Assembly (NCBI RefSeq): GCF_041381155.1
Contig: NC_091142.1
Coordinates: 29,819,528 to 29,883,527 of the forward strand
Direction of reading: 5' to 3'
Length of the DNA stretch: 64,000 nucleotides
DNA from: Argopecten irradians
Taxonomy: Eukaryota
The position numbers were made by a program, and so were the translations under genes. The notes beneath the pieces were generated by a model, which saw only the letters and a program-made list of their open reading frames with translations, ran no database searches and was not told the origin of the DNA. Positions 50,561-64,000 of this stretch are shown piece after piece; position 1 is the stretch's first letter, and the number at the start of each line of letters is the position of its first letter.

Positions 50561-51777
50561 TTCTAGATCTGCAGTGTGTTAGTTTCTTCCATACAATAGT
50601 GTTGGTATGGAAGGCAAATCTCTTACATATTTTGAAACAAAGTTCGTGTAAATTTTTCACAAGTTTAAATTTCTGGCTGGCACTTTGAGTACAAGTAAAA
50701 TTTTGAGGCTTTTTAGGTAGCATAAGCATGCCTAATGGCATGTCGAATTACTATGTTTCCCGTTAAGTAAAGTTGGGCTATTTCTTTCTTTGTGGTAGCT
50801 TTTATATCATCATCTTACACCAGACTTGATTATTGACTAGTGTGGAGAAATTAATTTATAAAACTGTCGTCAGCAAATTATAAACCTACAAATAGATAAG
50901 TACTGTATGGACGTTCTTTTTTGCAGGTCAGAATTTCTATGATTTGGCCCTATACTGTAAACCAACGAAAATGAAAATATATTGAAATTTACGTTAAATA
51001 AATATATATATATAGTAATTACTTATTCAGAGCAACATTAAAGATATAATTTCAATTAGATTGGGTTTGATTACAACTGTCTGCCGGTTCCGTCTGTGTA
51101 TAGTCCTCTGAAGCTGTTGAGATAGTTGCCACCTTTTGATTTTCACCATTTTCCAATTGCCCTACATACTCTCGATCAGGTATGCAGTTGATTAGTGAAG
51201 ATCCCTACGAGTAACCTAGAAAAAAAAACCCGGCGTTGACTCTATCCATCTCTTCCTTCAAAATAGTAATGATAGTAATGATAGACAAAAAACATTTGTT
51301 TGTTTTGAATACAGTTTAATATGAACACAAATTATTAATAGGTGAAAGTTTTTTCTCCTTGATACAAACAAACGAGGACAATACTTCTGTGATAGACATA
51401 CAACATGAAAATGTACGAGCTGATGTACTTATGGTGTTGGCACAAGTAATGCGTTAATTGTCTTCTCCATCTGGGATAATGAATCACTTAGATGATGCAT
51501 GGCATTTTCATTCAAAATGACACTTTTTATACTTTTTACATTAAAACACAACTCAAGACCTATGGTCACTAAACAATGTTAACATTATATAAAAGGTTGA
51601 TAAATGTTTTTCATTACTGAAAATGATATTGTATGACTGAAAACATTTTTTGTGGCATTTCAGTAAATTAATATGTGTATTTTTACCTATTTTGAACCCA
51701 TTGCAAAGAACAGAAATATAATGGAATATCTGGACTGTTGTTTTGTGGAAATTTTCTGAACAAGGCTTTTTTATTAG

Positions 51778-51976
51778 TTTAACATCCTATTAACAGCAAG
51801 GGTCAGACAAGGACGTGCCAGGTTTGTTGGTGGTACCCAGAGAAAAACCATCAACCAGCGGTCAGTATATCGGGCAACTGCTTCACGTAGGATTCAAACA
51901 CACGGCCGGGAGCTCGAGGTGGAGGGCTTGTGGAAATGTATAAAGATATCTTTACCACTCGACCACCGCGACCCCT
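51778..51976 (-). mobile_element. tRNA-derived SINE, copy 2, in inverted orientation.
   Basis: tttaacatcctattaacagc…gtgccaggtttgttggtgg… is the reverse complement of 8430-8546. Confidence 0.7.
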
Positions 51977-54719
51977 TTATTTTTCTGAGCCAAGTCTCCA
52001 TATCATGTATTGGTCATTTGTAGGTCGATTACCTTAAAATAGAATGGCTATCCTATCCACTGCCTAACTGATTTGAAACTAAGACCAAGTTTCATCTGAC
52101 CCCAACACCTATAGGTCAAATTTCACAACAAAACTGTTTATGTCGTTAGTGTACAGATTTTTAGATTCCAATATCAGATGTAGAAGCTGGATAGAAAAAA
52201 AGAAAACCAGTTAAATACTACACCGGAAAAAAATAATAAATTAACGTGAGGTTTGAACGAAAAACAAAGAAATATGAATGAAAAAAAAAAAAAAATCCAA
52301 AATGATGAATATGACAATTTACATATGAGTAACATGGTTTTTCTAGCAAATCACACCCAGTTACATGGTGTTGAATGATAAAGACCTCAAAATATTCTAT
52401 TTGGTCATATCTACATTTGCCATTGGTAACAACACAAACTTTGCATAATTTTTTTATATGATTGATGATAACTTAAGTTATGCCAGATGTGTAATCAATT
52501 AAAGCTATAAAGTTAAGTCAACATGATCCTCTGACCTTTACACGTAACAATAATAAACACATTATGTAAATTTGATACTATTTTTAAGTGCCCTGGGCGC
52601 TAAATGACGGCATTATGGTAAGTGCACAAGTACTTGCGTAGTCATTATAAAACCAAATTGCATGATATAACTTGTGGTATGTATTACATACATGTAATTA
52701 AAAACATCATTAACACTACTTTCCAGGCTTTTGATTAAAATATCCCAAGCCTAATAAAAGAATCTGGTATAAATTTCAGAGTGACATTGTATGATGGTAG
52801 TACCTTTTAAAATGATCTTGAAATAAACGAAAAGCTAGCCAGCATATATATCAACGAGGTTTGCCTACTGATCTGGTCCTGCTCCAATAATCAGATGACT
52901 TCAATTAACAAATGCAGTTCAGCCTTACCAACTCTTAGTAAAATTAGTATATGAAGCTTTTATTAACTGTCAAAATCTAGAGATCTGTACATGTCTATAT
53001 ACCATGATGGCAAACGTATAAAAGATGAATTTTGATGGATGAAAGAACAAAGAAAAGAAAGTCTCACCACTATATGAAACTCTTTGGGCTCTTACTTGTA
53101 ACAGAGATATGCATTATATCAGATTGCCTGTAAACAGGGGTGGAGACTGGTGTAGGACTTTTATATTACGGTCGTATATTGATTTTATATTACGGTCGTA
53201 TATTGATTCTAGCACTTGTGCCAGAGAACTTTCTATATTTTTCAAGGCTGTATTTTTCAATAAATAATTCAGATACCATAGTACTTTTCACAGGAATTTG
53301 GCATGTATTTCCACCCAATGATTCAAAATCCTGTGTAAATATACTGGTAGATATTTGGTATTTGTACCAAATCCCTGTGACAATAGTAGAAGACATGTGT
53401 TTTTTCCAGATGAAAAATAAGAAAACATAATATTTAAAATTATTATGTCATACATCAAGAATGCTTAGTATGTGGCATACGTATTTAGCACACCGGCAAG
53501 TCAAAAAGACCCATTATACAGACTAATACTAATGGATAGTAGGTCTTTGATTTACCGGCTTGCTAAATACCTATATGGTATGGGGCACAATACAAAAAAC
53601 ATACTGTACGGTATAAATATATGGCAACAATGGTTTTATGTGCACTTGACAAGATAACACAAACAATGAATATATATATATATATATATAATAATGGGAT
53701 GAATATATACAGATTGCATGTATAATTACATGTAAATACTGTTTCATAAAAACAACACTTTAGTAGTAGCTACTATGCACGTACTTCTATGAAGCCAAAA
53801 AAACCAAAACAAATAATGAAGAAAGAAAAAATCAAAAACGTCAACAGCATAAATGGACAAAATATGGTCACAGTAAAACTAAAACAGATCAAGTAAATAT
53901 ACAAAGGTAATTTATATCAAATATAGCTGTTATTAACATGAATCAAATGTTTTCGAGACCGTAGCAATGTCCAGCGAAATCAGGAAATATTGTTTCCACC
54001 AAATAAAATGTACATTAAGTTTAAAGTCCTTCATATAGTTTCTTGAAAAACTACATTTTAAAACTACAGTAATTAAGTAATTCTGAAAAAAATGTTTTCA
54101 CAAAAAAAAAAAAAAAAAAATAAAAAAAAAAATAGAAGTACATTTGTATTTCAATGCTGAAATTGAAGGAAATGGACTGTTGCGTAGCTTTCAAATAATA
54201 GACAGTTCACCTAGAACATGTCCTAATTGGCAAGTGAATGGAACAGCTTTTAATGTAAAAATGTATTTTTATATGTTAGAAGGGCAGTCATGGGGCGAAA
54301 TTTTACCTAGTAGTCTTTTATCGATGAATTTTAAGTCATTGAATAAAAATGAAATAAATGGATGAAGAGTGTGTATCACAATTAAGGAAAAATGGCAAGC
54401 TTCATTAACTTAAAATTTCAGAGAACCCACTCTTTTAATACCTAAGAAATATTACTGTATCCAAGCATAAATATGAAAGTACCAGATAGAGGGGAGTACA
54501 TACAAATATGGAAAGTCCTCGATGAAAGTGGTCTTTATAAGAAACCAAGGAATATGAAAAATAAAATATTTTTGTGCAAGCCGGAATGCTTTGTTGTTTT
54601 ATCCCAGGCAATTTATTTGAAAGAGTAATCTCCCTTTCAAGGTAAAAATTTTTAGGACGGAAAAAAATGTGAGATTGAACAAGGACGTATATGAGAAGGA
54701 TAAGTCACACTGAGTTTTA

Positions 54720-55080
54720 GGCAAAGACAGCGCAGGCGCTTTTGTGTTTGTGCACTGACCATGACGTTGGGCGACGACTGATTTCCTTTGATATCCGCCG
54801 CCGCAGTCTTTGATGTAGCATGGGGGTGCGAGGGTTACCGTCTTACTTTCTGAAGCGTGCTGCCATTTCGTAAGCGGTCGTATTTTTTTAACGATAGTTT
54901 AAGACATTTTTTCTAAATCTTCCGTCTTTAAAGCAAGTTATAAACGTTGTGAAATTTAATTTACTTTACATTGGTGTTTCGTTTGAGCTCGATAAGACAA
55001 AGTATTTGTTGAGAAAAACGGTTTTTATTTACCGGTTCATAAGCGTCTCGCGTGGTGTTTAGTAATGTAAAGAGACAGAC
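54720..55080. promoter_or_regulatory. CpG-rich island-like patch in otherwise CpG-poor sequence; possible promoter or first exon of an unidentified gene.
   Basis: There is a local cluster of CG dinucleotides (gcgcaggcgc, ccgccgccgc, cgtctcgcgtgg) that is absent from the flanks. Confidence 0.25.
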
Positions 55081-56289
55081 ACGAATCCTTCTCACTTATA
55101 AATCCTTGGATTGAATGACAAAAAAATCTTAAACAAAATTGATGAATAGAAATCGAAGATCCTACTAAAGCAAGAAGATTTAGAATTGGTCTTCCCATGA
55201 GTATAGATTAATTAAAAGTTTTGACTTTTATTTTTTTTTACATATTTTTAATAACATTTAAATGAAACACACACAAATTTCAATACTGTATTACATGGAA
55301 ATGCTACTAAAGATGAATCCAGTACAGGGTACAGTATAAGTAATTAAAGACAAATTATATTTTTCTGGTGTTGAGAAACAGAAATATATAGTTAGTTAAA
55401 TCATATTTTTTTGCATTGTAGGAGACCCCATGGTAACGCTACCCTTCATCATGATAAGTGTAGCTGTGCATAGCAGTGCGATCAACAGTGGGTTTTTGAT
55501 GTTCACAAAAAATTTCTTGTACATTTATATAGAAATCTATGTTGAATATTTGTAACATTTTTTTCCTATTTGTTCCTTTGTCATCTTCAAAAAGGCTGAT
55601 AATGTCATGAAAATTCTATCAATCTGTTTAAAAACCAGATTTTGGAATAAAGCTCCGATACCCCTCACGCTCCAGTACAATAATGTAACAGAGAGGAGGT
55701 TTGCCGGAATGGCATGGAAATCAAGATATGATTTTGATCAGATTGAAATTATATCCATGTATCTGGGAAATACAGATCCGGATAAATTAATGAAATAAAA
55801 TTCCCTTACATTGGTGAATTTATTAAATCTGGGCAATATGTTCCTTCTCATTCAAGAAAATTCGACTCAAAAATACTGCCGAATCCGCTATATATATGGT
55901 AGTTGACATCTTTTATCACATATCACATGCTAAACTAATTCAGCTCAACTATTAACACATTGCCCCTTTCTCCTTTCCCCCCCCCCCCCCCCCTTCTCAA
56001 CGATAGTAAGTAAATTCAATGAAAGAAAAAAAATCAAGCACTTAAATTCCAACAGTAGAAATACATTTGCCAAAAAAAAAATAGAGAAAAAAGAACACTT
56101 GCAAATAAATATTCAAATAAATTGAACTACAGCAAAAAAACCTATATACATTGTACAGAGGACTGTGATAAATAACACTCCCTTGGGGCGGTGGCCCAAC
56201 ACTCATACAGTAGAAAACAGTAAACCCCTACGCTCAAGAGAGACAACCAGAGTATCAAGTATCAATCTTGTTGTGCATGTGATATTGTT

Positions 56290-56540
56290 GCCATATTAGG
56301 CAAAAAAAAAAAGCCTGTTTAGGGTTACATTGCAAAAGAAATAAGGTCGGTAGGTCGGGGGGAGTTTATTTTTAGTGTCTTTCACTCTAAAATAATGGCT
56401 GGAACTGGAGTCTGAGATCAAAATCCCAACTTTTCTTTTTTTTTTCGATAGAAAAAGTGGAGAGAAAAAGATTTGGGTCAATGATTAAAATTAGGTCGGT
56501 CGGGCAACTCTCAACAGACATATTATTTTTTGCTCTACTA
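56290..56540. repeat. Dispersed repeat, copy 2, inverted relative to 50330-50560.
   Basis: As above. Confidence 0.6.
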
Positions 56541-58713
56541 AAGTATTCAAACGGTATAAATTTCAATATGGGACAATTTTTGTTTTCTGATGTTGTATTA
56601 CATTATATTGGCGTTCAAAAAGGGTCAAGACTACAAGGTTTGGTAGCTAGATACGGTCTTCTGGTATAGCCGACACTATTTCACACATTTTTAAAACAGT
56701 ATATCGAGATGGCAATATATTAAGGATTTATAAATTTATGGCAGTCTCTGATTGGGTAATTTTGGTGGCAAGGGAAATGTAAGGGTTGGCAGTTCGTGGT
56801 GGATGAGTGGACTGATGGAAAGGAAAGATTTCATTGTCTCTATATTGGTAACTATGTCGCCATGAATAAATCCTTATAAAAATCAGAATTTTTTTTTCAG
56901 TGGACAGCATACTGATATACCAATGTGGCTAATTAAAGTAAATACAATCACCATGATCAGACCTTTATAAAACACATCAACACACACAAAAACATTGTTA
57001 AACTGTAACATAACAAAACTTTTTGATTTTCGCATTACATTTCAAAAAAAAAAAAAAAAATACAGAAAAAAAAATCGCATTTTGTTCACTAAATGTAGGT
57101 AACAGTACATGTAATTAACATATTTAATACTTTTTAAAGAATTAATGTACCATAGCTTTGCCTGCTTGTTGAACAATGAAACCTGCTAATAATATCAGAA
57201 TTTCTAGCCTTGCACTGAGGTATGGTGTATGTTTCTTCGTTTTCAATAAAAAATTTATTATCCAAAATGACATACAAAATATCAAAGTAGAGGTTGTGGA
57301 ATCTTTTTCATACCCATTCATTAACAATCTTAACTTTAATCTATAATTTTCGGTCCACAAACGAAAAGAGAATTGTTGACATGGAAATTGGCCTGATCAG
57401 CAAATGTTTTGCATCAAGTCTCATAGTTACACACCGGTCCCTATATCATATCCCATCCAGACATAATATTGTGAAAATCAATCTTACAGCCTTGGTTTTG
57501 ATCAAGCAATAATGAAATTAATACTTGTGAGACATGACAATAAACCTTGTTCTACAACCAAATGTTCACTGTATATACACATTTGAAACAATAACTTTTG
57601 TGAGGAGGAGATTCCTTACTCATTTCGAGTTTGCATCAAGCCACCTAGGGGACAGTCATCCTCGATACTTCAGGGGTTCTATCAATGACGTGGATATAAC
57701 GTCAAGTTGATAGTAACGCCTTTAGTCTTGAAGATGTATGACAGCAACGTCAACCAACCAATAATCTATTTACAATACTGTAAAACCAATCTTTTATGTG
57801 CTGCAAGTTAAATTACTAAGTTTCCCGTCATTCCAGTAGTCATTAAGAAAATAACCGAAAAAATTGCCAACGCACTAATAAAGTTTCTGAGCACTGGTTT
57901 AGTATGATACGAATTAACTCTAATATTGTGAAATCACAATTGGTCTGGAAAATGTCCCGTTAGGTACGAAAATCGCGAAATACCGTCGCCACAAAAAATA
58001 AGTAGGTTTACAGTACCTTGTTCATGATCATGACGTATTTCTTTACAAACATGACATGTCATAATATTCAAAGGATAATCCTGAGGCAACACATGAAAAT
58101 ATTTCAGTAGCAAACTTCACATTTTGTTGAAGACTATTGCCAAATCTGTGGATGAAATCCGGTGGTGAACTGTTTTCACTGGTTAGCATGTCCATGTTCA
58201 AGGTTCGGACACACCAAAGTTTGATAGACAGTTTGTCAAGTTCCTCCAGACTCGAGTGGAATGTGTCGTGAGCTTGACCTGGCTAGCCCCTAGACTGGCG
58301 CACAAGAGGGGTCAGAGGATTCAAGAAATGGCTTACTAGAAGCCGCCTTTGCTAGACTATCAATCTGTTTACTGGTAGGGGCAATCATTTTTATGTCGAC
58401 GCAGGTCTGAATTGTCAGACTTTGTTATGAATGAGACAGAATTTGTTTGTGAGGCTTCAAGGAAAGTACACCAAAATTTGGGTTAATCTTGCTCTCTTTT
58501 GAAGACTCCATGACCTGTTCTACATTTTGATTTCTAATATCAAGTGAATTATCTCCCCCTTCCATTATCTCCCTTTTTCACAAATCCTGTCCTTGGATAT
58601 CTAAAGCTTGGTCATTGTTCCCATTTTATTATTCTCTGAACACGTTCTTTGTCTGTAACAGTCTCCTTCTTGCATATGTCGGATTTTAACAGTTTTCTCC
58701 GCCACATTTACAC

Positions 58714-58923
58714 CTGAAGGTTCTCCTAGGTAGTCCATAAGGGTAGAATCCTTGGTAAATTTCATGAGACATGCCGGGTGATTCGTATGTTTATCATAAC
58801 AGTGACAGATGAAGCTGATGTCGAAGTGGAGCAGCGTAGTAGCAGTACACACAGCTGAATCCCAGGATTGAGGGACTCCATTTTCCATTGGGTGTAATGT
58901 GTAAGATGGTGAAGAATCCTCAC
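58714..58923 (-). CDS. Candidate orphan exon: …EDSSPSYTLHPMENGVPQSWDSAVCTATTLLHFDISFICHCYDKHTNHPACLMKFTKDSTLMDYLGEPSG.
   Basis: A strong acceptor (tttcttcccag|GTG) and donor (CCTTCAG|GTGTAA) bracket a 210-nt open frame. No family was recognised and neighbouring exons were not found. Confidence 0.3.
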
Positions 58924-61171
58924 CTGGGAAGAAAAAGAGTCAGTTATAATTACATGTAATTACCATAAGTTTCATAAATCATTTTTCAAAGGAGGATTAA
59001 AATAAAATTTGAAAATATCAGAGTAATAAAGGTTCTAAACTTTAAACATACAAGTGGTCTAGAGGGCCTGTATCACTGACGTGGTTTATTCAGTAATTAC
59101 CACAAAAACAATATTTTACAATTGGAAAAATAGCAAAAATTTACAATGCAGTTTGTGAATGTCTATTGTTGACAGACGACACGGTATTGCATAAGTATAG
59201 AGACTTATGAACATGAGACTCAGAAGAGATCTAGATAATTAACCAAGTAAACAGAATTCGACAGTTCAAAAATTTAGCAAATCTGGATGGTTTGGGCTGA
59301 GGTCGCAAGTGTTTCAGGTTGTCGGGAGTACACTATAAATGTACATCTGGTGAGTTGAGCATATCAAACATATAAATCACAAATCACATGTATGTGAAGG
59401 ATATTTGAATGAAAATGGGGCAGTTTGTTTCTCTACGTTTACAGAAAACCATACATAATAATGTAATATATTGGTGATTTGTGGTAATTTGTGGTAATAA
59501 GTAATAATAAATTTTAGTGTCTAGTGATCACTTACAGGTGTCTCAGCTGTCTTTAACTTTCCAATTTTGCCCCTTCGCTTGGCAATCAGCTGCTATGCAA
59601 GATTTTCTCTATCTTTGATGGATTTCTATTTCATTTGCCAATGTCTTGGGAAATTTCTTCAACTTTGGCATAGTTGGTGACAAATCAGAAAGTTGTCTGT
59701 ATTTCACTTCAGTGTTGTCCTTTAGGAGCCTTTGGTGTCGAGCAACCTTTTGTGTAGAAATTTTCAAGTTGAGCTCAGGATAGGTTCAACTGATATGGCC
59801 GTCCTGCATACTTTAGGCTGCATGCCTTTATGATTCTTTGATTTCAAAGAACCTTAAATAAGTCTTCAGGGCTGAATGAGTTCAGCAAATTAAACCAGTT
59901 AATGAGTTTTAGTTTAAAACTGATTTGTGTAACAAATCGAAAGTTTTCAAAATGGGTTTGAAACTATAAACTGTACATGTTTACATGTAGTTTTAATTAA
60001 TGGATAATTTAGAGAAAATGTTTAGGCCCACATGTAGTTTTAATTGATGGATAATTTAGAGAAACAAATTCGCCCTAAAGAACATGTAGCTTCTCTGGCT
60101 TGTACATATATTAATATTTTTGTTATATAGTGTTAAGTATATATATAGGCACAGCCACTGTATATGTACATAACTCCTGATGGATGGAGCCTTGGCTTCT
60201 CCACAGAATCTAGGGTTTATGATAAACATGGTGTCATGATCAGCACCCACATTCGATTACTTGTGGGTGCAGTCGACTAGAAAGTATTTTCTCTGTTCTC
60301 AACATTTAAAACAGTAATTGGAATTGCATGGTTCTAGCAGAAACATATATACGTAGAGATTGGAAACTCCTTCTTTGTCTTTGTTGACAGGCAGAGGGAC
60401 CTCCGGTTTATAGGCATGTTCCCTTGACTAACTACTGTTAAGTGTATTGATTCTTTTAAACATGATATTTGTGTATCAATACAAAGTTTAAACATTATAT
60501 TAAGGTTTAATGAGATCAGTTTTATAAATTGATGTTATTTAATATGATTTTTGAAAGCATGAAAATAAGCAATTTTACCTGGTTTTTTGAAAATCAGACA
60601 TTCAAAACCGGAAGTGCATTTTGTTTTGTTAAGATAGAAGTTAAAATATCATTTTTTCTTTCCAAAATCGTACTCAAACCATCTGAAAATTACTGAACTT
60701 TTATAACAAATCAAAGTTATTCTGCTGTTTTAACTATTTAAGAGTTTATATAAAAACCCCTAGGGAATTACAGAGGTACATCTGCCGATCGTAAAAATGG
60801 CGGAGTTGCCAATCTCTATGTATATATGTTTCTGGTTCCAGATTACCATTAGCTAGGTTTTTTTGCATAATGGTATTTTCGCAGGACATTGCTATGATTG
60901 CAAAATTCTGATCCCTAAATATACATGGTTGAAACGTATCTGTATATGGAAATATAGAAAATTTAAACCAGCTGAAATTTTCATGTCTTTAGTTAAAATT
61001 GTGAAAATTTTGACTCGTGACAAATAATACTAATATAATTAATCCTCGGAAGATGGTTTGAATGTCTTTGATTGGACAGGAATGTTTTCTAGTTTTAAAT
61101 ACTAGTTTTATTGATATGTTATTGACAATAGCATATAAATCATTGGTCTGTTTTTACACTTTTTTTTATAG

Positions 61172-61346
61172 ATTCAAGTTTGGCTGGAGAATGTTTTCGG
61201 AGGAGAACCAGTACCGTCATACGAACTGAACAAAACAACAATTAGTGTGCTGTATGACTTGATGAGGAAGAATCGGTCTATTGATGAGGATAAACAACTT
61301 ATTATAGCAGACTTACGTCAGAAAACACAAGAGTACAATGCTGAAG
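61172..61346 (+). CDS. HAUS1: HAUS1 exon 2, duplicate copy B. It is 175 nt and in frame.
   Basis: It is the same sequence as copy A with one extra A (acacaagag) and encodes …RQKTQEYNAE. Confidence 0.7.
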
Positions 61347-61434
61347 GTTACCTTGATAATTTCTTAAAAAATAGGGTTTAATTTCCTATATGTGGGTTTC
61401 AAGATACCAAAACAATATCCGTGAACTTAAAGGT

Positions 61435-61787
61435 GCTCCACCGCCGACAGATATTCATCATTTGAACAATAATTGGTGTTTATTCGTGTGTATATATATG
61501 TCTAATTAACACAAAAAAACAAAAACAAAATTAAAAAAGATTATTTTGCCTTTGGTGCAGGCGCAATCTGTACTTCATTCCGTATAAGATATAGTGCCAT
61601 GGAATTTTTTCGGGATGCAATTAGTTATTTTTCATATCTTTAACTTAAAGTAAAATTGTAAGCTGAAACTTCTCAATGTAATGGTGTAAAGTAAGTAACT
61701 TTTGTAACTGAAGAAAAATACTAAATCATCTGCCCCTGTTTTTGATAGTAAAATAATACTATTTGTCAGCGGTGGAGCATCTTTAAG
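61435..61787 (+). mobile_element. Same MITE family, copy 3, inside duplicate block B.
   Basis: It is the paralogous position of copy 2 in the segmental duplication. Confidence 0.75.
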
Positions 61788-62657
61788 TATGATTTACTAT
61801 GTGCTAGTCTGCTACCTGCCGGTGATTGTACATGTGGCATTCAGTGTTTCAGACTGACTTCAAAAACTTAAGGACATTTTGGAAGAGTACTGGCAAAATG
61901 GCCTAAATTTAGTCCTAATCTGAATCACTGGATATCACAAAAGTTATGTCTAAATAATAATATGTACAGGAATTAATAAAGTTAGCCCTGTTGAAGAAAA
62001 ATCAAACACCACCACTACATTTTTTTTTGTATCTAGAAATTATTACCAGTGGATAATATTCAATAAAAGCACAAGTCACAAATATACGATCTTGACACCA
62101 GATTGGCAATTTTGAAAAAAACAGTAGGCCATTCTGATCTATCAGAGTTACTTCCCTTTGTTTCTCTCTGTCAGTACTTATCCTAATTATAACTCGATTA
62201 ACCTCTTCTACTTCTGTTCACTTGATTTGTAGCTCTTCTGCTTCTGGAAGCTCTTCTATCTATGTGGTTGACGATCTTCTGAGAAGACTTCTGTTATTAG
62301 TAGAGCGCAAATCGTGTTGAGCTCTGGTGGAAACGGCTAAACCATTGAATCTGAATTCTCTAATACTCTTAGATGATAAAACATATATGTCAGAAAGTTC
62401 TTGCTTGAGTTGAAATTATTCAGGCATGACATACCACTGTCCATAATGAGATATTTAATCCAGAAGTAAAATATATTCCTGTACTTGGGGAAGTTGTGTT
62501 CAGTTACATATGTAGCTAATTACACTACTTATAACTTATTCAATTTTGAATTTTCTATACTATTAAATACTGGATTATTAAAATTTTAAAGCATTTCAGA
62601 TTTGAATAGTACATTAATAGTAATACATGATAGAGGTTTGGTTGTTTCTGTTTCCAG

Positions 62658-62790
62658 CTGGAAGGTTAGAGCAGGTGCTGAGAGGAGTCGGCCTGACATC
62701 GTCAGTGTTATCACAGTCGGGTGTAATGAGTCTGAGAAGTCTGGCTAACGTCGCCTTACTACTACAGATCAAGGATGTATCAGATACCAA
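62658..62790 (+). CDS. HAUS1: HAUS1 exon 3, duplicate copy B.
   Basis: There are 2 substitutions relative to copy A, one nonsynonymous (Ala to Ser). The splice sites are conserved. Confidence 0.7.
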
Positions 62791-63597
62791 GTAAGAGGAT
62801 GGTCAATAAGGGAATAAAAGCATGAAATACTGAGGTATTCTGTACTGGGTCTGGATCAGGTTGATTGCTGATGATCATGACCAGGTAGACCAATGGGATT
62901 AATTACGTACCATGTGATACCGGTAAGATTTTTGCGGGATTATTGTTTCTATTGGTGATGGAATGACATCAAAAGATGATATACACTGTTTCAAAAGGAA
63001 GATTACAAATACATGCGCTCAATCACCACTTGAGATTCTAGTCCCACACAAACGTTTTCGGGTATCACATGGTACATAAATTAGTCCCATTAGTGCACAT
63101 CTGGTTAATGTATGGCGCATACCCAGTAGTTCGCAGTGTACATGGATATGTGACTGATTTCTTCTTTTCTTCTTTATATTTGTGGTCTTTTTAGGCTGAA
63201 TATAGGCCCAATTCCTGTAAGTGCAACTTTTTCCCAATTAAATCCTATTATAAAAATACAGAAAAAAGATAGAAAAAATTAGAGCATAATATTGAATTTT
63301 AGATATTGGAAATTACCATCTGCCATCTGCTTGTTTAACTAACTTATCTCTTTTTTGTTGAATATGAATTTTATGATTAAGTAATTACAATTGAAATATT
63401 TTATGTTCTGTTTGTAGGAATGTGGGCATTTAAAATTTGTTATAGGTTTTGTTGATACATGAGGTAAAAGATTTAGTTTCAAATTTTGTAAATGTTATAT
63501 GAGGTGGTATCTTTTAAAGTATCTGGGACATATATGAAAAACAGATTTTTTAAACATGCTCTGACATCTGAAATGGATGTGTAATGTATTATTTCAG

Positions 63598-63732
63598 TTA
63601 CATGTTAGCATTACAAGCCCTGCAGGACGAACTGTACCAAGCAGAGGAGAGTTATCACCAAGAACAGACAACTCTGCAGAATCTCAGGGATAAATCTAAA
63701 AATGCTCTGTTGAAATATAACACCATTAAAAG
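63598..63732 (+). CDS. HAUS1: HAUS1 exon 4, duplicate copy B.
   Basis: The exon is identical to 45089-45223. Confidence 0.7.
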
Positions 63733-64000
63733 GTACATTTCTTTAATATGATCTTAATTTTAATTGAACTATTTGATTGGATTTTGATAATTGAATAAGA
63801 TAATCCTGTAGAATTCCATGCCACGAACTACTAAGGTTGGGTACTGTTAAGAACGAAACAGGAAGGCAATCCTAAGTACCCCTAGGGATCTTGGTGCACA
63901 GAAAAAAGGTCAATTTGATGGGGAAAGAAAGTGCTCATTAGAATGAAACTGACCACATATAGTGCACTGAGAGCAAAAGGGTCTGGTAAAAAGGCAACTT

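Larger units (their letters stand above)
59833..64000 (+). repeat. Segmental duplication block B. It extends beyond the window end.
   Basis: As for block A. Confidence 0.85.

Noticed and set aside
1-64000. Prokaryotic-style operon, defence or novel-system interpretation
   Set aside because: The sequence has spliceosomal introns with GT-AG boundaries, metazoan gene orthologues (HAUS1, rhodanese sulfurtransferase, C2H2 ZNF), and SINE, MITE and satellite content. There is no bacterial gene organisation.

Overview
This 64-kb window is eukaryotic nuclear DNA. It is AT-rich, built from introns and exons, and dense in repeats, and most resembles a marine invertebrate (possibly a mollusc) genome. 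I found no prokaryotic operon, defence system or CRISPR array, so there is no previously undescribed system of that kind to report. I could recognise three protein-coding genes. (1) A giant multi-C2H2 zinc-finger protein gene on the plus strand has an 8.2-kb first coding exon (12377-20607) and two small 3' exons, about 3215 aa in total. It contains an internal run of six 39-bp coding repeats, each carrying an RSASP motif. (2) A HAUS1 (augmin subunit 1) orthologue on the plus strand has nine coding exons (40705-48729). Its exon 2-4 region is tandemly duplicated 18.5 kb downstream (59833 to the window end). The upstream copy carries a 1-bp frameshift in exon 2 relative to the downstream copy. 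(3) A tandem-rhodanese sulfurtransferase (MPST/TST family) lies on the minus strand with six coding exons (32844-37009); its terminal exon was not found. Its last identified exon has been amplified into an intronic minisatellite. The rest of the window is repeat sequence: a tRNA-derived SINE in two inverted copies, one of which abuts a roughly 325-bp satellite array; a TTAA-flanked MITE family in three copies; an 860-bp element with terminal inverted repeats and a 6-bp target-site duplication; a 147-bp MITE; a 38-bp minisatellite; and several other dispersed repeat pairs. All coordinates were derived by reading splice signals and translating by hand, with no database searches.
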